Assembly (NCBI GenBank): GCA_044370815.1
Contig: JBILUU010000001.1
Span: forward strand, 1-32,352
Reading direction: 5' to 3'
Length of the DNA stretch: 32,352 nucleotides
Origin: Bacteroidia bacterium
GTDB taxonomy: Bacteria; Bacteroidota; Bacteroidia; UBA4408
The notes under the pieces: generated by a model
Told to the model about the DNA's origin: nothing
Database searches by the model: none
What the model saw: only the letters and a program-made list of their open reading frames with translations
In this document: positions 1-10,530 of the stretch, piece by piece
How positions within the stretch are numbered: position 1 is the first letter of the stretch
How the letters are laid out: the number at the start of each line of letters is the position of its first letter
Position numbers and translations under genes: made by a program

Positions 1-71
1 TTGAAGTGCAAAATCTAGTTCAGCGTGCTACAAGCCAATTATAATTTCGTGTATTGATTTAGGATGAGCAT

Positions 72-1139
72 TTATCTGCCCTTGTCATAATCAACAGTAA
101 TGCTTTCAGTTAGTGCATACGATTGACAGGTAAGGATAAAACCTTGTTTAACTTCGGCATCTAGCAGGGCATAATTCACTTTCATGTCAACTTTTCCCTC
201 CGTAAGCAAAGCCCTGCAAGTGCAGCAAGAACCACCTTGACATGCGTATGGTGCATCAAGATTGATGCGCAGAGCAGCATCTAAAATACTTTCATCTGGC
301 ATCATTTCAGTCACTACTTCATCGCCATCTAAAATAATAGTCAAAGTTGCTTTTTTAGTTGCTGTTCCCACAGTAGGAGCAGCAGCACTCTCAACAGGGG
401 CACTAAAATATTCAATATGAATTTGAGATTTTGGAACATTTAATTGTTGCAATGTTTGCTCCACATTTTGCATCATCGGCACCGGACCGCAAATAAAAAC
501 CTCAGAGCGATTGTCAATTTTTACAAACTGCTGCATTAGTGTTGATAGCTTTTCAACGGTCATCATTCCCTTGTATATTTCAGGATAATCGGCCGCACTA
601 TTAAGAATGTGATGTACCTTTAACCTGCTGGAGTGCTCTTGCTCTAATGCTTGCAACTGATTTTTAAATATGATGGCAGCTTCGTTTTCATTTCCATAAA
701 ATAATTGTATTCGGCTATTAGGCTCGGCATGTAACACTGTTTTAATAATGCTAAGCATAGGCGTAATTCCACTGCCACCGGCAAATAGCACATACTCTTT
801 ATGGTTACTTGCATCCATTGCGGTGTAGAAATTGCCCATTGGTGTCATCACCTCAAGCACATCTCCTACCTTTAAACGATCGTTAATGTAGGTTGAACCT
901 TTCCCATTTTTCACCTTTTTAATGGCCACACGCAAATCAGCATCGGTAATAGGGCTGCTGCAAACGGAGTATGAGCGTCTTATTTCCTGTCCATCAATAT
1001 GAAGTTTAAACGTAATGTATTGTCCTTGTATATACTTGAAATCATTCACAAGTTGCTGAGGTATATCAAATGATACTGAAACACAGTCGGCTGTTTCGCG
1101 GGTAATATCTTTTACGGTAAGTGCGTGAAATTTTGACAT
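72..1139 (-). CDS. Ferredoxin-NAD(P)+ reductase family protein with C-terminal plant-type 2Fe-2S ferredoxin domain (PaaE/PaaK-like oxidoreductase)
   Basis: RSYS FAD-binding motif (RRSYSVCS), GGSGITP NAD(P)-binding motif and a C-terminal CQGGSCCTC...C cluster-binding motif. The start was moved to the ATG at 1139 (MSKFHALTV); the track start at 1166 is a TTG. Confidence 0.8.
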   Translation of the reverse strand: MSKFHALTVKDITRETADCVSVSFDIPQQLVNDFKYIQGQYITFKLHIDGQEIRRSYSVCSSPITDADLRVAIKKVKNGKGSTYINDRLKVGDVLEVMTPMGNFYTAMDASNHKEYVLFAGGSGITPMLSIIKTVLHAEPNSRIQLFYGNENEAAIIFKNQLQALEQEHSSRLKVHHILNSAADYPEIYKGMMTVEKLSTLMQQFVKIDNRSEVFICGPVPMMQNVEQTLQQLNVPKSQIHIEYFSAPVESAAAPTVGTATKKATLTIILDGDEVVTEMMPDESILDAALRINLDAPYACQGGSCCTCRALLTEGKVDMKVNYALLDAEVKQGFILTCQSYALTESITVDYDKGR

Positions 1140-1170
1140 TCTAATTGAATTTTTTTGGAGCAACAAAAGT

Positions 1171-1205
1171 AAAAAAAAACCGCAAAGTTTTTTGGCTTCG
1201 CGGTT
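1171..1205 (-). terminator. Rho-independent terminator downstream of sdhB
   Basis: The minus strand reads aaccgcgaag-(loop)-ctttgcggtt followed by a run of 9 T. The stem is 10 bp with one G-U pair. Confidence 0.6.
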
Positions 1206-1226
1206 CTGTTTAAGTTTTAATTATAA

Positions 1227-1967
1227 TTAAGAGATTGATGCGCTGTAATACTCTCTGTTCATGCGTGCAATGTTAGATAAGGAGATGCCTTTTGGACATT
1301 CAGCTTCGCAAGCTCCAGTGTTGGTGCAACTTCCAAAACCTTCTTCATCCATTTGGTTAACCATAGCCAACACTCTTTCCTTAGCTTCAATTCTTCCTTG
1401 AGGTAACAAGGCATATTGAGATATTTTTGCACCTACAAACAAACTTGCTGAGGCATTTTTACAAGCGGCAACACAAGCACCACAACCAATACATGAGGCA
1501 GCATCCATTGCTAAGTCGGCATCCGCTTTTACAACGGGTATATTGTTTGCATCTTGAACCTGACCGGTATTTACGGAAACAAATCCTCCTACCTGCATGA
1601 TACGATCAAAAGCGCTTCTGTCAACTACTAAATCGCGAATGATAGGAAAAGCGTTGGCACGGAATGGTTCAATGTAAATCGTTTCTCCATCGGTAAAGTT
1701 TCTCATATATAGCTGACAAGTGGTAGTACCGCGCAAAGGCCCATGAGGACGTCCATTAATATGCATGCTGCACATGCCGCAAATTCCCTCACGGCAATCA
1801 TGATCAAAGGCCACAGGTTCTTCACCTTTACGGATAAGTTCCTCATTAAGTACATCCATCATTTCTAAAAACGACATGTCAGCATTGATGTTATCAATGG
1901 TATAATCAACCATTTTTCCTGCTGCTTGGGCGTTTTTCTGACGCCATATTTTTAAGTTGAATTTCAT
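1227..1967 (-). CDS. sdhB: Succinate dehydrogenase/fumarate reductase iron-sulfur subunit
   Basis: Three Cys clusters: CREGICGMC (2Fe-2S), [11 protein letters not shown] (4Fe-4S) and [12 protein letters not shown] (3Fe-4S). It lies immediately downstream of the flavoprotein subunit. Confidence 0.95.
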   Translation of the reverse strand: MKFNLKIWRQKNAQAAGKMVDYTIDNINADMSFLEMMDVLNEELIRKGEEPVAFDHDCREGICGMCSMHINGRPHGPLRGTTTCQLYMRNFTDGETIYIEPFRANAFPIIRDLVVDRSAFDRIMQVGGFVSVNTGQVQDANNIPVVKADADLAMDAASCIGCGACVAACKNASASLFVGAKISQYALLPQGRIEAKERVLAMVNQMDEEGFGSCTNTGACEAECPKGISLSNIARMNREYYSASIS

Positions 1968-2006
1968 TGGATTGAGAATTTTATATTCTGTTTTGCAAAC
2001 TTTTAG

Positions 2007-3923
2007 TTATTTGTAAGAACGTGTGGCTAATTTCACATTCTCGAATTTCAGCGCTTCTTTGTGCAATGCTGCTTGTTGACCCACTCCTTTGTGTTCCCAA
2101 GCTGCTACATAGGCATATTCTTGGTCATTTCTTTTGGCCTCACCTTCATCTTGATATTCAACTCTAAAGTGACCTCCACAACTTTCATTTCTGTTTAAGG
2201 CATCGGTAACCATCAGCTCACCTAGTTCAATAAAGTCGGCTACTCTACCTGCTTTTTCCAAATCCACATTGAGTTCGTTAGCACCTCCCGTAACACGCAC
2301 ATCTGACCAAAACTCTTCACGCAATTGTTTCAACATTGCCTGTGCTTTGGTTAGCCCTTCGGATGAACGTGCCATGCCACAGTATTCCCACATAATTTTT
2401 CCAAGTGCTTTATGGAAATCATCCACAGTTCTGTTTCCTTTTACAGCCAACAATTTATTTATTCTTTCAGCGGCCGCTTTTTCAGCTGCATCAAACGCAG
2501 GATGATCAGTTGGAATAGATTTCGTGAAAATTTCACCTGCAAGATAATCACCAATAGTATAAGGCAATACAAAATAACCATCTGCAAGTCCTTGCATCAG
2601 CGCACTTGCACCTAATCTGTTGGCACCGTGGTCGCTAAAGTTACACTCGCCCGTTGCATAAAGTCCAGGCACTGTGGTCATCAAATTGTAATCTACCCAT
2701 AAGCCGCCCATAGTATAATGCACCGCAGGATAAATTCTCATTGGTACTTCATAAGGATCTTCATTGGTAATATGATGGTACATATCAAACAAGTTTCCGT
2801 ATCGCGCTTCAACAACACTTTTTCCAAGTCTTTTAATTGCAGCTCCAAAATCAAGATATACAGCAAGACCTGACTCGCCAACACCTCTACCATCATCACA
2901 TGCTTCCTTCGCTGCTCTTGAGGCAATATCTCGCGGTGCTAAGTTTCCAAAACTTGGGTATTTTCTTTCAAGATAGTAATCTCTTTCATCTTCAGGAATA
3001 TCTTGTGGCTTGCGTTTGTCTCCTTGCTTTTTAGGAACCCACACTCTTCCATCGTTTCTTAACGACTCACTCATCAAAGTTAATTTCGATTGGTAATCGC
3101 CCGAAACTGGGATACAGGTAGGATGTATTTGTGTGTAACAAGGATTGGCAAAAAACGCTCCTTGCTTATGCGCTTTCCATGCAGCTGTTACATTACAACC
3201 CATAGCATTAGTACTCAAGAAAAATACGTTTCCGTATCCACCTGTTGCCAATACTACGGCATGACCAAAATGTCTTTCAAGCTTTCCCGTTTTTAAATCA
3301 CGAGCAATTATTCCTCTTGCTTTTCCATCAATATTAACCAATTCAACCATTTCATGACGGCTAAACATTTCTACGTTGCCTAAACCAATTTGACGGCTTA
3401 GCGCGGAGTAGGCTCCTAACAAAAGTTGTTGTCCGGTTTGCCCTCTTGCATAAAACGTACGCGATACTTGCGCCCCACCAAAAGAGCGATTGTCCAATAA
3501 TCCACCGTACTCGCGGGCAAATGGAACACCTTGCGCCACACACTGATCGATAATGTTAGCACTTACTTCGGCAAGACGATAAACATTTGCCTCACGTGCT
3601 CTAAAGTCTCCTCCTTTGATGGTGTCGTAAAACAATCTAAACACACTATCGCCATCGTTTTTATAGTTTTTAGCAGCATTGATACCGCCTTGTGCAGCAA
3701 TAGAGTGGGCCCTGCGAGGACTATCTTGATAACAATAGGCCTTTACTTTATAACCTAACTCGGCTAAGCTCGCTGCTGCAGAAGCACCGGCCAAACCTGT
3801 ACCTACAACAATTACCTCTAGCTTTCTTTTGTTGGAAGGGTTTACCAACTTTACGTGAGATTTATAATCGGTCCACTTTGTTTCAAGAGGCCCATCGGGT
3901 ATTTTTGAATCTATAACTGACAT
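2007..3923 (-). CDS. sdhA: Succinate dehydrogenase/fumarate reductase flavoprotein subunit
   Basis: N-terminal dinucleotide fold [12 protein letters not shown], plus AQGGINAA and HYTMGGLW motifs. The 638-aa length is typical of Bacteroides-type QFR/SDH. Confidence 0.95.
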   Translation of the reverse strand: MSVIDSKIPDGPLETKWTDYKSHVKLVNPSNKRKLEVIVVGTGLAGASAAASLAELGYKVKAYCYQDSPRRAHSIAAQGGINAAKNYKNDGDSVFRLFYDTIKGGDFRAREANVYRLAEVSANIIDQCVAQGVPFAREYGGLLDNRSFGGAQVSRTFYARGQTGQQLLLGAYSALSRQIGLGNVEMFSRHEMVELVNIDGKARGIIARDLKTGKLERHFGHAVVLATGGYGNVFFLSTNAMGCNVTAAWKAHKQGAFFANPCYTQIHPTCIPVSGDYQSKLTLMSESLRNDGRVWVPKKQGDKRKPQDIPEDERDYYLERKYPSFGNLAPRDIASRAAKEACDDGRGVGESGLAVYLDFGAAIKRLGKSVVEARYGNLFDMYHHITNEDPYEVPMRIYPAVHYTMGGLWVDYNLMTTVPGLYATGECNFSDHGANRLGASALMQGLADGYFVLPYTIGDYLAGEIFTKSIPTDHPAFDAAEKAAAERINKLLAVKGNRTVDDFHKALGKIMWEYCGMARSSEGLTKAQAMLKQLREEFWSDVRVTGGANELNVDLEKAGRVADFIELGELMVTDALNRNESCGGHFRVEYQDEGEAKRNDQEYAYVAAWEHKGVGQQAALHKEALKFENVKLATRSYK

Positions 3924-3968
3924 ATCTTCTTTGTGTTTGATGATATTAATATTCGTTTGGTGTGATAA

Positions 3969-4670
3969 TTATTTGATAATGCCAAAGTGCATTACAATAG
4001 GCATCAATGCAAATAATATTGAAATAATGATAGAGAACCAAAAACCCGTTTTTTGAATGATTGGTGTATATTTAGGGTGATTCCATCCCATTGTTTGGAA
4101 AGCTGATTGAAAACCATGTAGTAAGTGATAAGCTAAACTCACCATGGAAGCTACATATAAAATTACAATTAATGGATTTTCAAATACCTCTTTCATTTCT
4201 TCAAACAAAGTTTCTTGACCAGGTAATTTTTCTAATTCGGAGTGTGCTATATGGTCGGTAAATCTGCTTGGAACCCAAAAATCTTTGAGATGCACAATTA
4301 AAAACATTAAAATTAATGTCCCTAACAAGCCCATCCAACGACTGTACCACTTACTGTTGGCATTTGCTTTTTGATATTGATAGCCTGTATTGCGGGTTTT
4401 ATTATTGGCAAGCGTGAGTAGAAGTGCATCAACAATGTGGGCGATTATGCCCAAAAATAGTACTACCTCCATAATTCTGATTAGCACGTTTGTTCCCATG
4501 AATTTGGCGCCTTCATTGAATAGCTCACCACCATCATTGAAAAATATCAATGAATTGATGGCACAGTGAACAACCAAAAAAGTAATCAGAAAAATGCCTG
4601 TGACACCCATCAGCATTTTCTTCCCTATCAGGGTGCTAAATAGTCCGTTATGAGTTGATTTTTTTGACAT
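3969..4670 (-). CDS. sdhC: Succinate dehydrogenase/fumarate reductase cytochrome b subunit (single di-haem b558-type membrane anchor)
   Basis: About 5 predicted TM helices with conserved His residues. It is the first gene of an sdhC-A-B arrangement on the minus strand. Confidence 0.85.
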   Translation of the reverse strand: MSKKSTHNGLFSTLIGKKMLMGVTGIFLITFLVVHCAINSLIFFNDGGELFNEGAKFMGTNVLIRIMEVVLFLGIIAHIVDALLLTLANNKTRNTGYQYQKANANSKWYSRWMGLLGTLILMFLIVHLKDFWVPSRFTDHIAHSELEKLPGQETLFEEMKEVFENPLIVILYVASMVSLAYHLLHGFQSAFQTMGWNHPKYTPIIQKTGFWFSIIISILFALMPIVMHFGIIK

Positions 4671-4859
4671 ATGAATCAGTATTTTTGTATTTAAAAGTTT
4701 GCGAATTTATAAACATACCTTGTTTAATCAAAGCACTTTTTATATATTTTATCACATAACATCACAATTCGCATTATTGTTCATGCTGCGTAATTAGGTG
4801 AAAATAATTTAGAATGATTTAAAATAAGTTTTGTAAGCTGTCTTGCGCCTTGCCACATA

Positions 4860-5738
4860 TCAATTGCGCTTGTCCATGCCCCACATCAGTTTTTGTCGAA
4901 GTGTACTCATAAAGTCACTTCCTTGCAATCTTACCAAATTAATTGAAAAATTTTCTTTCATGATGGTTAATTCTTCATCGGCATCAAATAACTCTTGTCG
5001 GGAGTCGAGTGTAACTAAAAAGTTCTTGTTTCTGCCTTCTACTTTTAGTGTTACTACATCTTTATCTGAAATAATTATAGGGCGCACATTCAGGTTATGA
5101 GGCGATATGGGGGTAATGATAAAGTTGGCCGAATCGGGCATTACCAATGGGCCACCGCAACTCAAACTGTAGGCGGTTGATCCTGTAGGCGTAGATATAA
5201 TTAAACCATCAGCCCAATAGGCGTTCAAGAATTCTCCGTTTATCCAAGCATGAATAGTCATCATGGTGGTATTGTCGTTTTTATGAACGGTTATTTCGTT
5301 GAGTGCAAAGTTGCTTTTTTTATAGGGATTATTGGGTGATTCCAATCGAATTAAACTACGCTTGTCAATTTCATAAACACCTGTCAAAATTTTATCGATA
5401 GCACCTTCTATTTCTTCAATAGAAATACCCGATAAAAAGCCTAATCTGCCGGTATTGATTCCGATAACTGGAATTTCTGAAGCACCCACCATGGTAATGG
5501 TTTTCAGCATGGTTCCATCGCCTCCAATACTGCAAAAGAATGAGGGTTTTTTCTGCAGAATTTTTTCGTCCTTGAAAAAAGAAATGATGGTTTTGAAAAT
5601 AATTTTTTCTTTAATGATAGCATAAAAATCTTCATGCACGCACAGTTCTACACCGCATTCCTCAAGCTTGGTAATGAGCCGTTGAATGGGGCTTGCATTG
5701 TAGTTGTTCAATGATTTTCCGTAGATGGCGAATAGCAT
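4860..5738 (-). CDS. nadK: NAD+ kinase
   Basis: GGDGT motif (CSIGGDGTML), NTGRLGFL motif and a PTGSTAYSLS motif. Confidence 0.9.
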   Translation of the reverse strand: MLFAIYGKSLNNYNASPIQRLITKLEECGVELCVHEDFYAIIKEKIIFKTIISFFKDEKILQKKPSFFCSIGGDGTMLKTITMVGASEIPVIGINTGRLGFLSGISIEEIEGAIDKILTGVYEIDKRSLIRLESPNNPYKKSNFALNEITVHKNDNTTMMTIHAWINGEFLNAYWADGLIISTPTGSTAYSLSCGGPLVMPDSANFIITPISPHNLNVRPIIISDKDVVTLKVEGRNKNFLVTLDSRQELFDADEELTIMKENFSINLVRLQGSDFMSTLRQKLMWGMDKRN

Positions 5739-6053
5739 AGAAAAATTTTATGTGTAAAGATAGTAAAGGAAAAGCGATTTCAAATATGTTGCCTAAAAAA
5801 ATTGAAGTTCTAAATGATGGCTGAACTTGAGTGTACAGGTAAAATCAAAGGTTATTTGATCAAGTTGTTGCAGAGTTTGCGTATCTGTGCAAAAAATAAA
5901 TACTCAAAATTAATATGCTTAATTGCAACATTTATTTTTATGGTTTGTTCATTATTAAATTGTGATGATAATGATTTATTACCTCAAGATAAATAAAATT
6001 AGACTTAAATTAATGATAAATTGCGTAAATTTACAACGGTAAAAAAATCAGCA

Positions 6054-6851
6054 ATGAAGTACATCTTTAGGTTATTCCTTTTAAATTTGGTAATCATCAC
6101 AATATCTTGTAGGAAAGACAATTCCTTGAAAAAAGAAACTCAAGATCCAGCAATACCAAAACCGGTTGATAATATAAAATATGGCTCGGTGAGAATAAAT
6201 ATCTCTAATTTGGTTGGCAATGAAATAATTTCATTGAACGACAGTATTTATACCAATGCAAATGGAGATAGTTTTACTATATCTAAGTTCAAGTTCTATT
6301 TAAGTAATTTTACTTTACGAAATGCGAATGGTGAACTACACAGGCAAGCTGAAAGTTACCACTTAATTGATTGCCAAAAAGGGTCCAATTTTACAATGCT
6401 AATCGATAGTGTGCCGGTAGGAACTTACAATGCCATGAATTTTATTTTGGGAGTAGATAGTACCCGAAATACCTCAGGTGCTCAAACAGGTGCACTCGAC
6501 CCTGCGCTAGGGATGTTTTGGAGTTGGAACCAAGGATACATTTTTTTAATGATGGAGGGTTTTTCACCTAACTCTACAGCACCTAATAACATGATTACCT
6601 ATCATCTTGGCGGTTTTACACAGCCCTACAATTGTATTCGTAATGTTAACCCAAGTTTTGGTGCGCTTGATTTAGTTGTAACTGAAAAAAACTCAAGTAA
6701 AATTGAAATTTCTGCAGATGTATTGAGGTTATTTGATACACCTACGGTCATTAAATTTGCTCAAACAAGCGAGGGAATGGGTGGACCAATTGCTGTTACA
6801 CTCTCAAACAATGCAGTTAATATGTTTAAAGTTCTCGATATTGAAAATTAA
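6054..6851 (+). CDS. MbnP-family (WxW-motif) lipoprotein, putative metal-binding partner of the downstream di-haem enzyme
   Basis: Lipobox LVIITISC after the ATG at 6054 (the track start at 6021 is a TTG). A WxW motif is present (GMFWSWNQGYIF). A 3-nt gap separates it from a MauG/MbnH-like di-haem peroxidase. The family assignment comes from motif and gene context only. Confidence 0.65.
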   Translation: MKYIFRLFLLNLVIITISCRKDNSLKKETQDPAIPKPVDNIKYGSVRINISNLVGNEIISLNDSIYTNANGDSFTISKFKFYLSNFTLRNANGELHRQAESYHLIDCQKGSNFTMLIDSVPVGTYNAMNFILGVDSTRNTSGAQTGALDPALGMFWSWNQGYIFLMMEGFSPNSTAPNNMITYHLGGFTQPYNCIRNVNPSFGALDLVVTEKNSSKIEISADVLRLFDTPTVIKFAQTSEGMGGPIAVTLSNNAVNMFKVLDIEN

Positions 6852-6854
6852 TAC

Positions 6855-7892
6855 ATGAGTAAATTAAGCATACATTTAGTTTGTCTGATTCTTATTTTGC
6901 AAGCTTCTTGCAAAGTTGATTCTAAATTTGATCCTATAATTAATGAGGATGATATTACTGTAAAGTGGCCTGATTATTTCCCAGCTCCAGTGTATGATTT
7001 TTCAGGAAATCCCATCACCAAAGAGGGATTTCTATTGGGTAAAAAACTGTTTTATGATCCGATTTTAAGCGTTGATAATACGATTAGTTGCGGCAGTTGT
7101 CATCAACAGTTTGTTGCATTTGCTCATGCCGATCATAAGTTGAGTCATGGTATAGACAATAAGTTCGGGGTGCGAAACTCACAGGCATTATTCAATGTAA
7201 TTTGGAACACCACATTTTTTTGGGATGGTGGTTCAAATCATATTGAGGTTCAGCCCATCGGTCCAATCACCAATCCGGTTGAAATGGATGAAACCGTTCA
7301 AAACGTAGTATATAAATTAAGTCAGCGAGCCGATTATAAAAGTCTGTTTAAAGCAGCATTCAATGCTGACAGTATCACTAGTCAGCTTATGTTGAAGGCA
7401 ATCGTACAATTTATGGGTGCTTTTGTAAGCGCGAGCTCCAAATACGACAAGAACCGAATCGACCCTGTTGCCAATCCTTTTACTGAGGATGAAAAATTGG
7501 GTCTAACTATTTTTGAAAGTAAATGTGCTTCTTGTCATGTTCCTCCATTGTTTACCGACAATAGTTTTCGCAACAATGGTTTAGATGAAATTTTTTCTGA
7601 CAGTGGTAGGTATTTAATAACAAATATTAACAGCGATATGGGAAAGTTTAAAGTGCCTTCCCTACGAAACATAGAGTTAACCTATCCCTACATGCATGAT
7701 GGGCGTTTCGAGACTTTACCTCAGGTATTGAATCATTACAGTTCAGAGATCAAGCAATCGGCTACCTTGGATCAGTCATTAACCAATGGAATTCCTCTTA
7801 ATAACACCGAAAAACAGCAGTTGATAGCGTTTCTTAAAACACTCACAGATAGAGAATTTATAAACGACCCAAGATTTAAAGAGGCTAATTGA
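6855..7892 (+). CDS. Di-haem cytochrome c peroxidase family enzyme (MauG/MbnH-like)
   Basis: Two CxxCH haem sites (CGSCH, CASCH), PSLRN and YMHDG motifs typical of the CCP/MauG family, and a lipobox LQASC. Confidence 0.85.
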   Translation: MSKLSIHLVCLILILQASCKVDSKFDPIINEDDITVKWPDYFPAPVYDFSGNPITKEGFLLGKKLFYDPILSVDNTISCGSCHQQFVAFAHADHKLSHGIDNKFGVRNSQALFNVIWNTTFFWDGGSNHIEVQPIGPITNPVEMDETVQNVVYKLSQRADYKSLFKAAFNADSITSQLMLKAIVQFMGAFVSASSKYDKNRIDPVANPFTEDEKLGLTIFESKCASCHVPPLFTDNSFRNNGLDEIFSDSGRYLITNINSDMGKFKVPSLRNIELTYPYMHDGRFETLPQVLNHYSSEIKQSATLDQSLTNGIPLNNTEKQQLIAFLKTLTDREFINDPRFKEAN

Positions 7893-7988
7893 TTGCTAGC
7901 ATTTTGAGTCTTATTTTTTTTATATCGAAAACATTTCTATTTTCGCACTTTTATATCAACAGCTAATTTTTAATAAAACTAAGTCAGG

Positions 7989-9818
7989 ATGAAAACCGCA
8001 AAGCTTACTAAAAAGTTTGTATTTATGATGTCGGCAGCAGTTGCCATTTCGGGATGTAAAACTACCGATTGGTCAAAGGTTACCTACACCAGCACCCCCA
8101 ACCCGCTTGAAATGCATGGCGACACAATTGTGATTACCGTAAAAGGAAGTATTCCTGCAAAAACACAGGCTACTAAAGAGGTAATAACATTAACTCCTAT
8201 GTTAAAGTGGAATGGAGGAGAGCTAGCGCTGAAACCACTTGTATTTCAAGGTGAAAAAATTAAAGAGGGCAAAGGGATAATTGTAGCGAAGAAAAAAGAA
8301 ACCAATTTTAATTACAGCGAAAAGGTTGCTTACAAGCCGGAAATGCGTGTTTGCGAGTTCACTGCTAAGGCTGTAACAACCAAAAAAGATAAGGTGAAAA
8401 AAGAGTACATGGTGCCTAAGTTAGCTGATGCAACCATCGTTACTCCGCTGCTCGCTGTTGGTGATGAAAGGGCTGTGATGGGTAAAGAAAACATGCCTAG
8501 AATTGTACCTATGGGTATCGAAGCAGATATTCATTTTCTTATCAGTCAAGATAACGTGAGACCAGCTGAGTTGAAGACAGACGATATGAAAGCATTGATG
8601 AATTTCTTAAGCGGAAGTCAAACAGCAATAAAAGACGAAAAAGGTAAGAAAACCATTGGTTACAATAAAAACTACGATATCAAAGGAATTTCAATTTCTG
8701 CCTACGCGTCTCCTGATGGCGAGCAAGATAAAAATGCCAATTTAGCTGCTGATAGAGGAAAAGCTTCTTCAAAAGAAATTAGTAGTTTCCTTAAGAAAAA
8801 TGATCTCAATTATTTGATCGAGGCAACAGATACAGTGGTTACAGAAAACTCCAAAACAGGAAAGAAAACCACCAAAGTTAATAAAAGCAACATTGAGGAT
8901 AAGTTTTACAGTATTAGCTCTACACCTGAAGATTGGGAAGGATTTAAATCAAAAATGGAAGCTTCAACAGTTCCTGATAAAGATATGATTTTACGTATTC
9001 TATCTACCTATTCTGATTTAGACAAAAGAGAAACGGAAATTAAAAATATCAGCAAAGCGTATACTGAAATCTCTGATCAAATATTACCGGCTTTGAGAAG
9101 AGCAAAAATCAGTGTGAGTGGAGAAAAGAAATGCAAGTCGGATGAGTTACTATCTCAAATGTCGGCTTCCATGCCTGACTCCCTATCTATTGAAGAGTTA
9201 CTTTATGCTGCTTCAATCACATCTGATATGGGTGTCATGACAAACATATTCAGCAACTGTGCAAGAATTTATCCAAACGATTGGAGAGGACACAACAATC
9301 TTGGATGCATGTACCTACTACAAAACAAGATCAATGAGGCAGGTGCATCTTTCGAGAAAGCTAATCAAGCTGCTGCAAATAATCCTGCTGTATTAAACAA
9401 TTTAGGAATTGTAGCCATGAAGAAGGGTGACAGAAAGGCTGCTGAAACCTATTATAGCCAAAGCAGTGCTCCTGAAGCTCAGTATAATATGGGAAGAATA
9501 AACATCCTAAAAGGAAAATATGCTGCCGCTGTTTCAAACTATCAAGGTCAAAACTCATTTAATGCTGCACTTGCTGCTCTGCTCAATGGTAATGCTGATG
9601 CAGCGATGAGTGCCATCGAATCATCAAATGATAAGGACAGTGCAATGGGTAATTATTTGAAAGCTGTTATTGCTGCAAGAAAGAGCGATGCCACAGGAGC
9701 AGCCAATTATTTAAAGGCTGCCTTTGCTAAAGATGGTTCGCTTAAGCAAAATGCTCAAACGGATATGGAGTTTCTCAAAATAAGAGAAATCGAAGCCGTT
9801 AAATCTGCATTGAATTAA
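7989..9818 (+). CDS. Lipoprotein with a central OmpA-like motif and a C-terminal TPR-like repeat region
   Basis: Lipobox AISGC, an OmpA-type segment AYASPDGEQDKNANLAADRG, and C-terminal Ala/Asn-rich helical repeats (NNLGCMYLLQNKINEAGASFEKA; NNLGIVAMKKGDRKAAETYY). The function is not resolved. Confidence 0.75.
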   Translation: MKTAKLTKKFVFMMSAAVAISGCKTTDWSKVTYTSTPNPLEMHGDTIVITVKGSIPAKTQATKEVITLTPMLKWNGGELALKPLVFQGEKIKEGKGIIVAKKKETNFNYSEKVAYKPEMRVCEFTAKAVTTKKDKVKKEYMVPKLADATIVTPLLAVGDERAVMGKENMPRIVPMGIEADIHFLISQDNVRPAELKTDDMKALMNFLSGSQTAIKDEKGKKTIGYNKNYDIKGISISAYASPDGEQDKNANLAADRGKASSKEISSFLKKNDLNYLIEATDTVVTENSKTGKKTTKVNKSNIEDKFYSISSTPEDWEGFKSKMEASTVPDKDMILRILSTYSDLDKRETEIKNISKAYTEISDQILPALRRAKISVSGEKKCKSDELLSQMSASMPDSLSIEELLYAASITSDMGVMTNIFSNCARIYPNDWRGHNNLGCMYLLQNKINEAGASFEKANQAAANNPAVLNNLGIVAMKKGDRKAAETYYSQSSAPEAQYNMGRINILKGKYAAAVSNYQGQNSFNAALAALLNGNADAAMSAIESSNDKDSAMGNYLKAVIAARKSDATGAANYLKAAFAKDGSLKQNAQTDMEFLKIREIEAVKSALN

Positions 9819-9842
9819 TAAGCTTCTAATGTCATTAACAAT

Positions 9843-9873
9843 AACCTGTTCAATAAAACGAACAGGTTTTTTT
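9843..9873 (+). terminator. Rho-independent terminator
   Basis: aacctgttc-(8 nt loop)-gaacaggtt is a perfect 9-bp stem followed by a T7 run, 25 nt after the stop codon of the 609-aa gene. Confidence 0.7.
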
Positions 9874-9949
9874 GTATCTAATACTTAATTGATTAATTTA
9901 GCACAAAATAATACCTCGGTTGAGGAAGATAAAAACTAATTTTTAAGGT

Positions 9950-10519
9950 ATGATAAACTATACAAAAAAATCTCTTTTACTACTTACCTTGCTCGTAATT
10001 AAAACTAGCATCCTAAGTGCCCAAGCTGATACCAGTTTATTGAGAGATCCGAAGAAGTATTATTTGCAGATAAACAGCCTCATTAAAGATTCAAAGGGGC
10101 CAGACAAGGCAGATGAAAAATTAATTGTTAAAGGAGCAATTATCAAGGTAATTAACAGTAACAATTATTTAATAGGGTCATATTTTACTGACAAAAAAGG
10201 TAAGGCAACTTTTCAATTGCCGCTTGATAAAAAGTTCAAAATTATTTTCCAAAAGAAAGGATATGTATCTAAAATTGTGGAAGTAAATACACAAGTCCCT
10301 AAAGAGGTTAACAACGCATACATTTTTGGAGTTGATGTGGCACTTTTCGCTGAGGTTCCCAATTTAAACACAGATGTTTTGTTGCAACCGGTTGCTAAAA
10401 TTAAGTTCGATAAGATGGCTAAGGATTTTAATTATGATGCTGCCTATACACACAAGGTAAATGGTGAGTTAAAGAAAATGTATAAGGAGTATTACACGCT
10501 CAAAAAGAATAATAAATAA
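9950..10519 (+). CDS. Secreted hypothetical protein (possible beta-sandwich/CarboxypepD_reg-like fold)
   Basis: N-terminal signal peptide (LLLLTLLVIKTSILSAQA). A clean 189-aa ORF with its own terminator. No diagnostic motif was recognised. Confidence 0.65.
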   Translation: MINYTKKSLLLLTLLVIKTSILSAQADTSLLRDPKKYYLQINSLIKDSKGPDKADEKLIVKGAIIKVINSNNYLIGSYFTDKKGKATFQLPLDKKFKIIFQKKGYVSKIVEVNTQVPKEVNNAYIFGVDVALFAEVPNLNTDVLLQPVAKIKFDKMAKDFNYDAAYTHKVNGELKKMYKEYYTLKKNNK

Positions 10520-10530
10520 GTAGACAAATA

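Noticed and set aside
2269-3758. Several 60-78-aa plus- and minus-strand ORFs lie inside sdhA (2269-2505, 2412-2615, 2738-2926, 2837-3034, 3090-3296, 3361-3543, 3531-3758).
   Set aside because: All are fully embedded in or antisense to a well-supported 638-aa flavoprotein gene. Their composition is low-complexity and they carry no motifs. They are typical shadow ORFs.
4671-4859. A search for a TAnnTTTG / TTTG promoter upstream of sdhC.
   Set aside because: No exact -7 consensus match was found on the minus strand by eye, so no promoter is called.
5814-5996. A 60-aa ORF lies in the nadK / MbnP-like intergenic region.
   Set aside because: It has no signal or domain features and AT-rich promoter-like sequence, and it is a likely chance ORF. 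It cannot be excluded as a small protein, but nothing supports it.
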